Below, one piece after another: positions 24,583 through 36,454 of a stretch of DNA of 64,000 nt. The stretch covers positions 1 to 64,000 of the forward strand of contig NW_003314399.1 of assembly GCF_000143415.4 (NCBI RefSeq), given 5' to 3'. This stretch comes from Selaginella moellendorffii (taxonomy: Eukaryota; Plantae; Lycopodiophyta). Every line of letters begins with the position of its first letter. Positions within the stretch are counted from its first letter, which is position 1. The notes under the pieces were generated by a model, which saw only the letters and a program-made list of their open reading frames with translations, had not been told where the DNA came from and did not search any database. The position numbers were made by a program, and so were the translations under genes.

Positions 24583-27129
24583 ATGGAGAAGGAGAGGAGG
24601 GATAGGCGCCATAGGGTGGAGGAGGACGATCGCTGGCACCATGACGAGAAGCGCGAGCGGCGTCACCACAGGGACGTGGATCGGGAGGAGGATGATCATC
24701 GCCGGCGCCACAAATCTTCTTCTTCGAGGTATGACAAGCAGGAGGATGATAGGCGGCATCACAAATCCAAGGAGGAGAGGCACGACCGAGGTCACAAGTC
24801 TTCCAAGGAGGAGAAGGAGAAAACGAGGTCGGAGAAGCGCGGCAGGGAGCAAGATGATGATTTGAAGAAGCGTAGCAGGGATCAGGAAGATGGATCTAAG
24901 GTGGAGAAGCGGAGCAGGGATCAGGAGGATGAATCAAGGAAGGACGCGAAGCGCAAGCGCGATTTGGAGAAGGAGACGGCCGATAAGTCGGTGAGTAAGC
25001 GGAGTCGTAGCGAATTTGCTGAAGAAGAGAAAGCTTCCAATGTAGAGATGAATGGACAAACACCAGCACAACCAGTGGTGGCCTTAACTCCGGCTCCAAC
25101 TCCGACACCGGCTCCATTTTCATCTCCAGCTCCAGCTCCTGTTCCTGTTCCTACCCCTGTTCCAGCTCCAGCAGCAGCTCCAGCGGCTGTTCCACAGACT
25201 GCCCCTGTTGCTCCAGAACCGTCTCCAGCACCGGAACCAGAGGTGGCACCAGTTGCTGGTGATGCATCGGCCATAGCGAAGGCCAAGGCGAGAATGAGGC
25301 AGCTTCGCAAGGAGCTCAACGAGAAGCTGAAAAAGTTGCCACTGGTAAGTGAAGTGGAAGTTTGTTATTTCTTTCGTTTGAGTTCCTTTTTCTCTTCTCT
25401 TGTTCCTAGTTGGAGCAGCTGGCAAACGAAAATGATAGCGCGAACACTATAACCCCAGATTCTGTGGTGCCTTCCGGAACAGTGGACGTTGTTGCTAATG
25501 CCGCAAACATAGCGAGTTACAAGCGTGCTCAGGAATGCGTAGCTCGCCTCGGCTTCCAACAGCCGCCTGGTTCCATGGCACTTCACGTACCGGGTGTTCC
25601 ATCGGCTGGGCCAAAAGTTGTAAAGCACCCCGTTCTTCGCTTGGACAAGCAAGGAAGAGAGATTGACGAGCACGGTGTCGTTGTGGATAACCGGAAGTCA
25701 AACATCAGCACACTCAAGGTGAGTTGGTTGTTTTGGGGTGCGGTCTGATCTTTCTACGGTTTGTTATATGTACTTAGGTGAACATCAACAAACAAAAGAA
25801 GGATGCTTTCCAGATTTTACATCCAGAATTGGAGGAGGATCCAATAAATAATCCTCATTTTGATGCGGACATGGGAATGGACAGAACAAAGCTTGTACGT
25901 CAAAGGAGAAACTCCTTTCAGTTCGTGGAAGAGGGAAGATGGACGAAAAAGGCGGAAATCTTTCGACTTAATGTAAGGACTCTGATTTTTTTTCTTCTAC
26001 TAGTCACTCATAACTTGTGTTTAGAATCGTTTTGGGGCTGCTAAAGCCCGCGAGATAAGGTCGAAGCAGGCGGCCCTTGCAAAGGCCAAAGCAGAAGGGG
26101 ACATTAACCCAAATCTTATAGAAGTTACGGAGAGGATATTCAAGGATGACAAACAGCACCAAGACCCGATTCCTCATGTGGAGTGGTGGTAAGTTTTCTT
26201 GAGTTAAGCACAAAGTAAAATCTGACATGAAGTTTTCCTACAGGGATTTCGCTGTTCTACCTCCTCAGACACAGAGTTACGACGAGGTGATCGACGGAGC
26301 TGAGGTGAAGTTCAAGAAAGAGAAGATCAATATCTACGTTGAGCACCCCGTACCGATCGAACCCCCAGCAGAGCCAGCGCCTCCACCACCACAGCCACTC
26401 AAGCTAACGAAAAAGGAGCAGAAGAAAATGCGGACCCAGCGTCGTCTAGCCAGGGAAAAAGAAAGGCAAGAGCTGATCAGGCAGGGAAAGATCGAACCTC
26501 CAAAAGCAAAGGTGAAGATGTCCAACCTCATGAGCGTGCTGGGAGCCGAGGCAACCCAGGACCCGACGAGGATGGAACACGAGATCAGGACTGCCGCGGC
26601 CGAGAGAGAGCGCGCTCACACGGACAGAAACCTCGCCAGGAAGCTCACTCCAGCCGAGAGACGCGAGAAGAAGGAAAAGAGGCTCTTTGACGACCAGGGG
26701 ACGCTGGAAACCATAGTCGCGGTGTTCCGGGTGAGCGACATCTCCCATCCCCAGACTCGGTTTAAGGTGGACATCAACGCCCAGGAGAACAGGCTCACAG
26801 GTTGCGCGATCATCACCGACGGCATGACGGTGGTGATCGTCGAGGGTGGCGCAAAGTCGATCAAGCGATACACCAAGCTGATGCTCCGGAGGATCAACTG
26901 GTCCGCGAAAGAAGAAGGCAGCGGTGGAAACGAGCAAGGGGACGAGGAGGATGGAAACGAGGAGAAGGAGAACAAGTGCGTCCAGGTGTGGCAGGGAAGC
27001 GTAGCTCGGCCAGCGTTTGACAGGTTCTTCTTCCAAAAGTTCCACACCGCCGGGGCCGCGAGGAAGTACTTGTCCGACGCTGGAGTTGGGCATTACTGGG
27101 ACAGCGCGCTGCATTACAAGGAGGAGTAG
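24583..27129 (+). CDS. PRP3: U4/U6 snRNP protein Prp3 (RDM16-like), multi-exon
   Basis: R/D/H-rich N-terminus, then PRP3 motifs [54 protein letters not shown] and VIVEGG. Confidence 0.95.
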
Positions 27130-27450
27130 ATAAAGAAGAAGATCGCGATGATCCATTGCGCTGCATTACAAGGGGGAGTAGAAAAGAAGATCGCGAGCGA
27201 TGCAAAGAAGGATGATGGTCGAGTGGTGATCGAAGTTTTGCTACTGCTACGAGCAAGATGGTGAGTGGTCGAGTTTCTTGCTGAAGGATCTGGTTTTAGA
27301 ATTCTTTCGTGTTTCTTCCAGCGCTCGATCGAGGTAGAAAGCTGCGAAATGCTAAAGCTTTGGTCAAATAAAAGAGGAGGGTTTGGTTTAATTGGTTTAA
27401 AAACAAGTATATGATTGGAGGATCACGGGAGGAATAGGGAGGAGAGAGCG

Positions 27451-29183
27451 ATGGCGGCGAATCACGCGCCATTGTCGCCGCTCAGCTTCCTCTATAGATC
27501 CGCGGCAGTGTTTGGGGACAGGACATCGCTGATTCACGGCGCCTCATCCTTCACTTGGTCGCAGACTCTGGATCGATGCCGTCGTCTCGCGTCCGCAATC
27601 TCTCTCCGGTTCGGCGTCAATCCTGGCGCTGTGGTATGCGAAATTCCAGTGCTCTCGATCGAAATTGGCCGATTGATCCATCGAAATATCGTGTTCTTGG
27701 TTGTCATTTCTTGTTCTTCCAGGTCTCCGTCGTGGCCCCCAACGTCGCCGCGATCTATGAGATGCACTTCGGCGTTCCCATGGCCGGGGCTATCCTCAAC
27801 ACGATCAACTTCCGGCTGGACGCGCGCACAATCGCGCTGCTGCTGGATCACGCCCAGAGCCGCGCGGTCTTTGTGGACTCGGAGTTCTTCCCTCTCGTCA
27901 CGCAAGCTCTCCAGCTCCTGGCCGAATCGTCCAAGCCTCTCCCCCAGCTCGTCCTAGTCAAAGATAAGTCCTATACTTCTCAAGCAGCTCACAGCTATGG
28001 TGGAATTCTAGAGTACGAGGAGTTGCTCGAGAATTCCAGCCCGGATTTTCCTCTCGTCCTTCCCGACGATGAAGAACAGTCCATCGCCTTGAACTACACG
28101 TCCGGTACCACTTCCAGGCCCAAGGGCGTTCTCTACACTCACCGTGGAGCGTATCTCAACTCCATAGCCAGCATTCTCCTGTGGGAGGTGGGACCTTTTC
28201 CAGTCTACCTCTGGACGCTCCCAATGTTTCACTGCAATGGCTGGTGCTTTACGTGGGCGATCGCGGCCCAGGGTGGAACCAACATTTGTCTACGCAACGT
28301 CACTGCCAAAGCCACCTTTGATGCCATAGCCGAGAGCTCCGTCACTCACCTCTCTGGAGCTCCCACGGTCCTCAACATGATCGCCAGCTCCATCCCCAGC
28401 GAGAGGAGAGATCTTCCGGACAAGGTGGCGGTGATCGTCGGGGGCGCTCCTCCGCCAGCGGCGATCCTCTCGAGCATGGAGGAGCTCGGCTTCGTCGTGA
28501 CACACGCTTACGGCCTCACGGAGACTTACGGGCCGGCTTTAGTCTGCGCGTGGCGGCCTCACTGGAACTCTTTTCCTCTCGAGGAGCGAGCCAAGCTCAA
28601 GAGCCGGCAAGGCGTCGTCCACCTCGGGCTCCACCAGGCGGACGTCAAGGATCCGGCAACCATGGAGTCGGTTGCCCGAGATGGCCGGACGCTGGGAGAA
28701 GTGATGGTCCGCGGAAGCACTGTGATGAAAGGCTACCACAGAGACGATGAAGCGACGAGGGCGGCGTTCCAGGGAGGATGGTTCCATACCGGTGACTTGG
28801 GAGTGATCCATCCGGATGGTTACATCCAGCTGCGCGACCGATCCAAGGATATCATCATCTCGGGTGGCGAGAACATCAGTAGCATCGAGGTGGAGTCGGT
28901 TCTCTACGGCCATCCGGAAGTTCTTGAGGCGGCTGTGGTCGCTCGGCCCGACGATTTCTGGGGGGAGACGCCCTGTGCATTCGTGACGCTCAAGGACATT
29001 GGTGGTGCGACCAGCGCTCGAGGGATCATCGATTACTGCCGGGCTCGGATGCCCCACTTCATGGTTCCTCGATCCGTGGTGTTTGGAGAGCTTCCAAAGA
29101 CGTCCACTGGTAAGGTCCAAAAGTTCTTGCTCCGAGACAGGGCCAGAGCCATGGGAAGCCTCAAAGCTCCCAGCAAGCTTTGA
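27451..29183 (+). CDS. Peroxisomal acyl-activating enzyme (AAE clade I, short-chain acid-CoA ligase), copy 1; intron 27634-27722
   Basis: AMP-binding YTSGTTSRPKG, YGLTE, GWFHTGD, DRSKDIIISGGENI, LPKTSTGK; C-terminal PTS1 SKL. Confidence 0.95.
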
Positions 29184-29516
29184 TACTAATTATGTTTAGT
29201 AAGATGGTAGTAATATAAGAAAGCATTGATCAAGCAGAATTCTAATATATCACAAACTGAGTTGTTTCAAATGTGCCACAATGGCACGTACCATCAATAA
29301 CAGGTCCTTTGCAGCAATCGTGCAAAAAGCTCCTTTTAAGCACTTGTGAATAGACTAACATACTGAGATATACTTATTAGCATCTTAAATCATATGCTGC
29401 ATGAATACAACAGTGAACGAATAACGTTGTTACAGGATTGAATAAGATTTCCTGCTTTCTCGTAATTCATGGTCAAGCGACAAGGTTGGTCCAAAACTTC
29501 TCTCCTCCAGTATTTG

Positions 29517-30513
29517 TTATTGAAACTGCGAGGAGACTTTGTCGAGAAGAGGAACTCTTTTAACTGCGAGAGAGATTTTGTTAAACCAGTTATGAAAAAA
29601 AGAGAAGCTGTGATACTTACCATCACCTGTAGCAAGCCATGGTTACTGGGGTGGAAATAATCTTCTCAGCAACTTTGCCAATATCATCCAAAGTCAGCTC
29701 TCGAACGGTGTCGATAAACTCCTTTGCGGGTTTCCTGTCACCAAATAAAATGGTCACAAATAGATTCACAAACCATTTAGCTCTCTAACCTGCAACCATA
29801 GGTGAGAATTTGCCGACCAATGTCCTCATTCACGACCACCTACAAAGAAAACATTTTGTTTATCTATGGAAAGACAAAAAGTTTTTTTTTTTTGGAAGAA
29901 AATATTGTTCTACTTCACGAACCCGAGACTCGAGATTAATCAAAACAAGTGAAACGGTTGCATTCTGTGTGCGCTCCAATTCAATCTCGTCGACTGGAAT
30001 GGAAAAGAGCGATCAAAGACAAGCTAGAATTGAAAAGTTTCAAAGTAGCTCATCTCCTATGAGATCTACAAGCTCGCCTACAAACTTGTGCTCCTAGAAG
30101 AAGATCACAGGAACACGCGTTTAGCAACTAGAAACTATTGCGAGAGAGTGCTACTCACAGACGATGCGTGAATTCCAAACAAGCCGGAGTCATTGTACAC
30201 GGAAGTAAAAGCAGTAAAATTTTCCACCTTGGGATGAACAGCCAGAACGCGAGTATCTGGAAGAGTTATTGCAAAAATTAAGTAAGAAGAAAACCAAAAC
30301 CACGAACGATACTTACACAATCTAGAATGGACACCCTTGCCCTGGCCTCCGGAAGAAAACGAACCACCTCCTCCAAGAAGCGACTAAAGGACGTAGACAT
30401 TCCTACAGTAAACTTGATAGAGAAGGGAAGCTTACTTGTAACACGGTCGCCGTGACAGCATCGCATTCGTTTCTCCAGCCACCAGGGATTTCAAGCGCGA
30501 TGGAAACCGATGT
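29517..30513 (-). pseudogene. 3' half of MPP-alpha, truncated duplicate
   Basis: Reverse complement of 33456-34476. It lacks the 5' exons, has a deletion at ~30045 (missing ACCTTCTCCAGGTTCTGCCACAGAAATA) and an indel near 29627. Confidence 0.9.
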
Positions 30514-31159
30514 TCTTGACTTTCTACTGCATATTTATTGAACTCAAACCTTTAGTAATTCATTGTAGGTGTCAATAAATCTGAAAAGATCACAAAATCA
30601 GCATATGCATCTAAAAACAAAGTCCTCTGCTTAATATCTAAGCTCTACAAGCTTATTGATAAAGTGTAGAAAATCTTCATAAAAAAGTTGGTTTGGATTG
30701 GCTGATTACCATGAAATATGGCCAAGTTTTGTCATAAAAACTCAATTTTCATTTTGTCCTCTTAAAGGTTGTGAAACAACTTTCCCAAATTACTTCCTGG
30801 TTGACATATTAATAGCCATCCCAGACACAAAATTGATTTACACCTAACCCAGGCCATAGAATATTCTTGAAAAATTCCCCTGATTTACTTGAAGTGCATA
30901 GAAACAGGAGGTTCTCTCCCACGGTTTGATGCAAAGGATGCCCATGGGAGATTGTTATGGTGGATGATGCCAAGGTGCCACAATGACATTGTGACATAAA
31001 GGTTTCCTCTCAATTTCAAGCAAAAACTTTAAAGTGGGTTTCTTACAGTTGGCTCAGACGCGCATGGCATACAGGACATAGATGCGGAATAGTAGAAGAC
31101 ACAAGATGAGAGCTTCACATTATCAGCCATGGCGACCATAAAATCCTTCTTCTTCTTCT

Positions 31160-32020
31160 CCCAGTGGCCAGCATGTTGCCTGAAATCTCCGACGGAAGTT
31201 ATAAGCAGCTACTTGGGCTTTTTTTTGTCGATGGTGTTTGCTTTTGCTGGAGAAAGAGTAACGAGTGTTAGCGGATTTTTCTTTTCTTGTGGGAAAATAC
31301 CTTGATGAGCTCTTCCTGCTGTTCTGGAAATGCTGGCGCTCTTCTCGCTGGGAAGCAGACGAACGCTCTGCAAGAAATCAAACAGCAAAAGATGAAATAA
31401 CCAGAAACGAAAGTCCAAGTTTTTACCTGGAACAGAGCGATCTAAAAGTCAAGCCATTTGCTTAGCTGCAGAAAGCTCTTCAAACTTAAGACGCTATCAT
31501 CTCTTGTGGTGTCAAGGAAACTAGCCCTCGGGTTCCGAAAGCGAGTTTCTGGTTGGGCCTTCCTCTTCAACTTATCCGGCCAAGGATCATCACTAACGTG
31601 GAGTTCTTCAGCCTCACTCGCCACCTTCCTGCCCTTTCTGGAAGAAGCATCGGAATGAGAACAGCTCCATCCTTGAAGCCACATATTTGTTGTTGTTGAG
31701 CGACTCTATATGTTGCTGCTGCTGCTGCTGCTGCTGCTTCTCTTTCTCCCTCCTCTCACCGCAAGACAATCAAGCAAACTGGGAAGAACTCGATACCCGA
31801 GTTGTGTGGAGGAACGTAGCGAAAGCTGCGAGCGACAGCAGTAGCGTTCCTGTGCTGTGCTAATCTTCTCACGGCCAAGCTGACGCTCCCACTGGCAGCA
31901 CGGCACCAAGATCTTAGATCGTCGAATCTTGGTCGATCCAGTCGATGGAAGCTGCTTGAATTCCCGGGGCAATCTAAACAAGGAGTCGTGGCCATCTGGA
32001 TCCAAAGTCTTCGATGTGGA
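31160..32020 (-). pseudogene. Internally deleted LETM1 duplicate
   Basis: Matches 38724-40950 (AVRRLAQHRNAT...SFRYVPPHNSG, CAG tract, VASE/VSDDP, last exons and introns). The ATG and most central exons are deleted. Confidence 0.88.
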
Positions 32021-32034
32021 GCTGCTGCCCAGGC

Positions 32035-32139
32035 TTACTTGCAATAGCGGTCGGCTTTCTTCCCTGGATCCCTGGATTTCTTCTTCGTCTCGACCGCTTG
32101 CCCAAGAGCCCTAAAATTTAGGGTCCTTAAACCTTGAAT
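32035..32139 (-). pseudogene. Collapsed remnant of the FRG1-like gene and its promoter
   Basis: The reverse complement reads ATTCAAGG..TTAA..CCCTAAATTTTAGGG (cf. 38250-38290), GAAGAAGAAATCC (cf. ~38395) and GAAGAAAGCCGACCGCTATTGCAAGTAA, identical to the FRG1-like stop region. Confidence 0.85.
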
Positions 32140-32156
32140 AAACCCTAGCGAGGGGG

Positions 32157-34476
32157 ATGAAGAAAGCGAGGCGGCTGGGCGAGGTGAGATCTCTCATTGG
32201 GAGCTTGAATGCGGCGATTGAATCAGTTCTTTCAGGCCGCTCTCGATACTTGGAGATCGATCTCGACTTCCAGAGTCTCCAAGCAAGCTTTAGCAGCCAG
32301 AACAGCAGCCGCAGAGGAGCCCAAAGGAAAGGGGTTGCTCTCGTGGTTCCAGCGCAAGAAAAAGAAGGGCCTGCTATCAGATCTTCCCACGCTCTACGAG
32401 CCTCTTCCAGGCGTCAAACTCCCTCTCGATCTGGACGATGGCTTTGCTCTGCCAGTGGAGACTAAAATCACCAAACTCGCCAATGGATTGACGGTGGCTT
32501 CCGAGAACACTATGGTGAGAAGCTCTTGCCATTCTCGATGGTTTTCTACGCTCAAAATCGTTTTTTTTTGTGAGAGTTCTTACTCTATCTCTCGTGCAGG
32601 GACCGACAGCAACCATTGGAGTTTATGTTGATTCCGGCAGCTCTCACGAGACTCCTTTCAACTCCGGCGTGAGCCATATTCTGGAACGCATGGCTTTCAA
32701 GAGCACGCGAAACCGGACGCACTTGAGGCTTGTCCGCGAAGCGGAAGCCATCGGCGGTAATGTTCTTGCGTCTGCTTCGCGAGAGCAAATGTCTTATACG
32801 GGTGATGTGATAAGGAGCTTTGTTCCCGAGATTGTGGAGCTTCTTGCCGATAGCATCCGGAACCCGGCTTTCCACGACTGGGAAATCAAAGAACAGGTCC
32901 CTTTCTCGCTGGTTGATTGATCATCTTTGAGAACTTTCTTTTTCTTTTGGATCCACAGGTGGATATCTTGAGAGAAGAGATTCAAGAGATGGCAAAGGAT
33001 CCTCAAGCGATGCTTCTGGAGGCTCTCCATCCTGCCGGTTATAAGGGCCCTCTTGGCAAAGCACTGGTGACAAGCGAGTCCTCGTTGGATAGAATCGACT
33101 CTCGCGCTCTTCACGAGTTTGTAGCTGTAAGTTCTTCCTCTCTTCTTTTTGTTTTCCTTGTTCTTGTGGTTTTCTAATACCATGGATCTTTCTAGGCAAA
33201 CTATACAGCTTCACGGATGGTTTTCGCTGGCTCTGGCGTCGAACACGACTATTTCCTCTCGCTGGTTAAACCGTTGTTCGAGGACATGCCTCTGGTGGCT
33301 CCTCCAGAGCCTGTGAAGTCCGAGTATGTTGGTGGCGAGTGGCGGCTTCAAGGCGAAAGTGATGTAAGAGTTTTTCTTCTTCCTCTTCGTTTTTTTCTTG
33401 TTCTTTCTGTGTGGAAGTGTAGACAGATTTAATACTTTCATTCCTTAAGCAGACTACATCGGTTTCCATCGCGTTTGAAATCCCTGGTGGCTGGAGAAAC
33501 GAACGCGATGCTGTCATGGCGACCGTGTTACAAGTAAGCTTCCCTTCTCTATCAAGTTTACTGTAAGAATGTCTGCGTCCTTTAGTCGCTTCTTGGAGGA
33601 GGTGGTTCGTTTTCTTCCGGAGGCCCGGGCAAGGGTGTCCATTCTAGATTGTGTAAGTACGGTTCGTGGTTTTGGTTTTTTTCTTACTTGGATTTTCCAA
33701 TAACTCTTCCAGATACTCGCGTTCTGGCTGTTCATCCCAAGGTGGAAAATTTTACTGCTTTTACTTCCGTGTACAATGACACCGGCTTGTTTGGAATTCA
33801 CGCATCGTCTGTGAGTAGCACCCTCTCGCAATAGTTTCTAGTTGCTAAACGCGTGTTCCTGTGATCTTCTTCTAGGAGCACAAGTTTGTAGGCGAGCTTG
33901 TAGATCTCATAGGAGATGAGCTTATTTCTGTGGCAGAACCTGGAGAAGGTACTTTGAAACTTTTCTCTTCTCGCTTGTCTGTGATCGCTCTTTTCCATTC
34001 CAGTCGACGAGATTGAATTGGAGCGCGCAAAGAATGCAACCGTTTCACTTGTTTTGATGAATCTCGAGTCTCGGGTTCGTGAAGTAGAACAATATTTTCT
34101 TCCAAAAATTTTTTTTTTTTGTCTTTCCATAGATAAACAAAATGTTTTTTGTAGGTGGTCGTGAATGAGGACATTGGTCGGCAAATTCTCACCTATGGTT
34201 GCAGGTTAGAGAGCTAAATGGTTTGTGAATCTATTTGTGACCATTTTATTTGGTGACAGGAAACCCGCAAAGGAGTTTATCGACACCGTTCGTGAGCTGA
34301 CTTTGGATGATATTCGCAAAGTTGCTGAGAAGATTATTTCCACCCCAGTAACCATGGCTTGCTACGGCGATGGTAAGTATCACAACTTCTCTTTTTTTCA
34401 TAACCTGTTTAACAAAATCTCTCTCGCAGTTAAAAGAGTTCCTCTTCTCGACAAAGTCTCCTCGCAGTTTCAATAA
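32157..34476 (+). CDS. MPPA: Mitochondrial processing peptidase alpha subunit (M16 family), ~11 exons
   Basis: [29 protein letters not shown], glycine-rich loop [21 protein letters not shown] and [13 protein letters not shown]. Confidence 0.95.
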
Positions 34477-34713
34477 CAAATACTGGAGGAGAGAAGTTTT
34501 GAACCAACCTTGTCGCTTGACCATGAATTACGAGAAAGCAGGAAATCTTATTCAATCCTGTAACAACGTTATTCGTTCACTGTTGATTCATGCAGAATAT
34601 GCTTATAAGATGCTAATAAGCAAAGGACATGTTATTGCGTGCCATTGTGGCATATTTGAAACAATATCAGAATTCTGCTTGATGCTTTCTTATAATACAA
34701 CCATCTATTAGTA

Positions 34714-36454
34714 TCAAAGCTTGCTGGGAGCTCTGAGGCTTCCCATGGCTCTGGCCCTGTCCCGGAGCAAGAACTTTTGGACCTTACCAGTGGAAGTCTT
34801 TGGAAGCGCTCCAAACACCACAGATCGAGGATTCATGAAGTGGGGCAGCCGAGCCCGGCAGTAATCGATGATCTCTCGAGCGCTGGTCGCACCACCACTC
34901 CTCTTGAGCGTCACGAACGCGCAGGGCGTCTCCCCCCAGAAATCGTCGGGCCGAGCGACCACGGCCGCCTCGAGAACTTCCGGATGGCCGTAGAGAACCG
35001 ACTCCACCTCGATGCTACTGATGTTCTCGCCACCCGAGATGATGATATCCTTGGATCGGTCGCGCAGCTGGATGTAACCATCCGGATGGATCACTCCCAA
35101 GTCACCGGTATGGAACCATCCTCCCTGGAACGCCGCCCTCGTCGCTTCATCGTCTCTGTGGTAGCCTTTCATCACAGTGCTTCCGCGGACCATCACTTCT
35201 CCCAGCGTCCGGCCATCTCGGGCAACCGACTCCATGGTTGCCGGATCCTTGACGTCGGCCTGGTGGAGCCCGAGGTGGACGACGCCTTGCCGGCTCTTGA
35301 GCTTGGCTCGCTCCTCGAGAGGAAAAGAGTTCCAGTGAGGCCGCCACGCGCAGAATAGCGCCGGCCCGTAAGTCTCCGTGAGGCCGTAAGAGTGTGTTAC
35401 GACGAAGCCGAGCTCCTCCATGCTCGAGAGAATCGCCGGTGGCGGAGGAGCGCCCCCGACTCTCACCGCCACCTTGTCCGGAAGATCTCTCCTCTCGCTG
35501 GGGATGGAGCTGGCGATCATGTTGAGGACCGTGGGAGCTCCAGAGAGGTGAGTGACGGAGCTCTCGGCTATGGCGTCAAAGGTGGCCTTGGAAGTGACGT
35601 TGCGTAGACAAATGTTGGTTCCACCTTGGGCCGCGATCGCCCACGTAAAACACCAGCCATTGCAGTGGAACATTGGGAGCGTCCAGAGGTAGACTGGAAA
35701 AGGTCCCATCTCCCACAGGAGAATGCTGGCTATGGAGTTGAGATACGCTCCACGGTGAGTGTAGAGAACACCCTTGGGCCTGGAGGTGGTACCGGACGTG
35801 TAGTTCAAGGCGATGGATTGTTCTTCATCATCGGGAAAGACGAGAGGAAAATCCTGGCTGGAATTCTCGAGCAACTCCTCGTACTCTAGAATTCCACCAT
35901 AGCTGTGAGCTACTTGAGAAGTATAGGACTTATCTTTGATAAGGACGAGCTGGGGGAGAGGCTTGGACGATTCGGCCAGGAGCTGGAGAGCTTGCGTGAC
36001 GAGAGGGAAGAACTCCGAGTCCACAAAGACCGCGCGGCTCTGGGCGTGATCCAGCAGCAGCGCGATTGTGCGCGCGTCCAGCCGGAAGTTGATCGTGTTG
36101 AGGATCGCCCCGACCATGGGAACGCCGAAGTGCATCTCATAGATCGCGGCGACGTTGGGCGCCACGACGGAGACCTGGAAGAACGCAAGAACAAGAAATG
36201 ACAACCAAGAACACGATATTTCGATGGATCGATCGGCCAATTTCGATCGAGAGCACTGGAATCTCGCATACCACAGCGCCAGGATTGACGCCGAGCCGGA
36301 GTGAGATTGCGGATGCGAGACGGCGGCATCGATCCAGAGTTTGCGACCAAGTGAAGCATGAGGCGCCGTGAATCAGCGATGTTTTGTCCCCAAACACTGC
36401 CGCGGATCTATAGAGGAAGCTGAGCGGTGACAATGGCGCGTGATTTGCCGCCAT
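34714..36454 (-). CDS. Peroxisomal acyl-activating enzyme, copy 2 (possible upstream ATG at 36469)
   Basis: Intact ORF with the same motifs, intron position and SKL terminus as copy 1. Confidence 0.95.

Noticed and set aside
24017-24865. Apparent 282-aa ORF fusing the auxilin J domain to downstream sequence
   Set aside because: It reads through introns; spliced auxilin stops at 24456 and PRP3 uses another frame.
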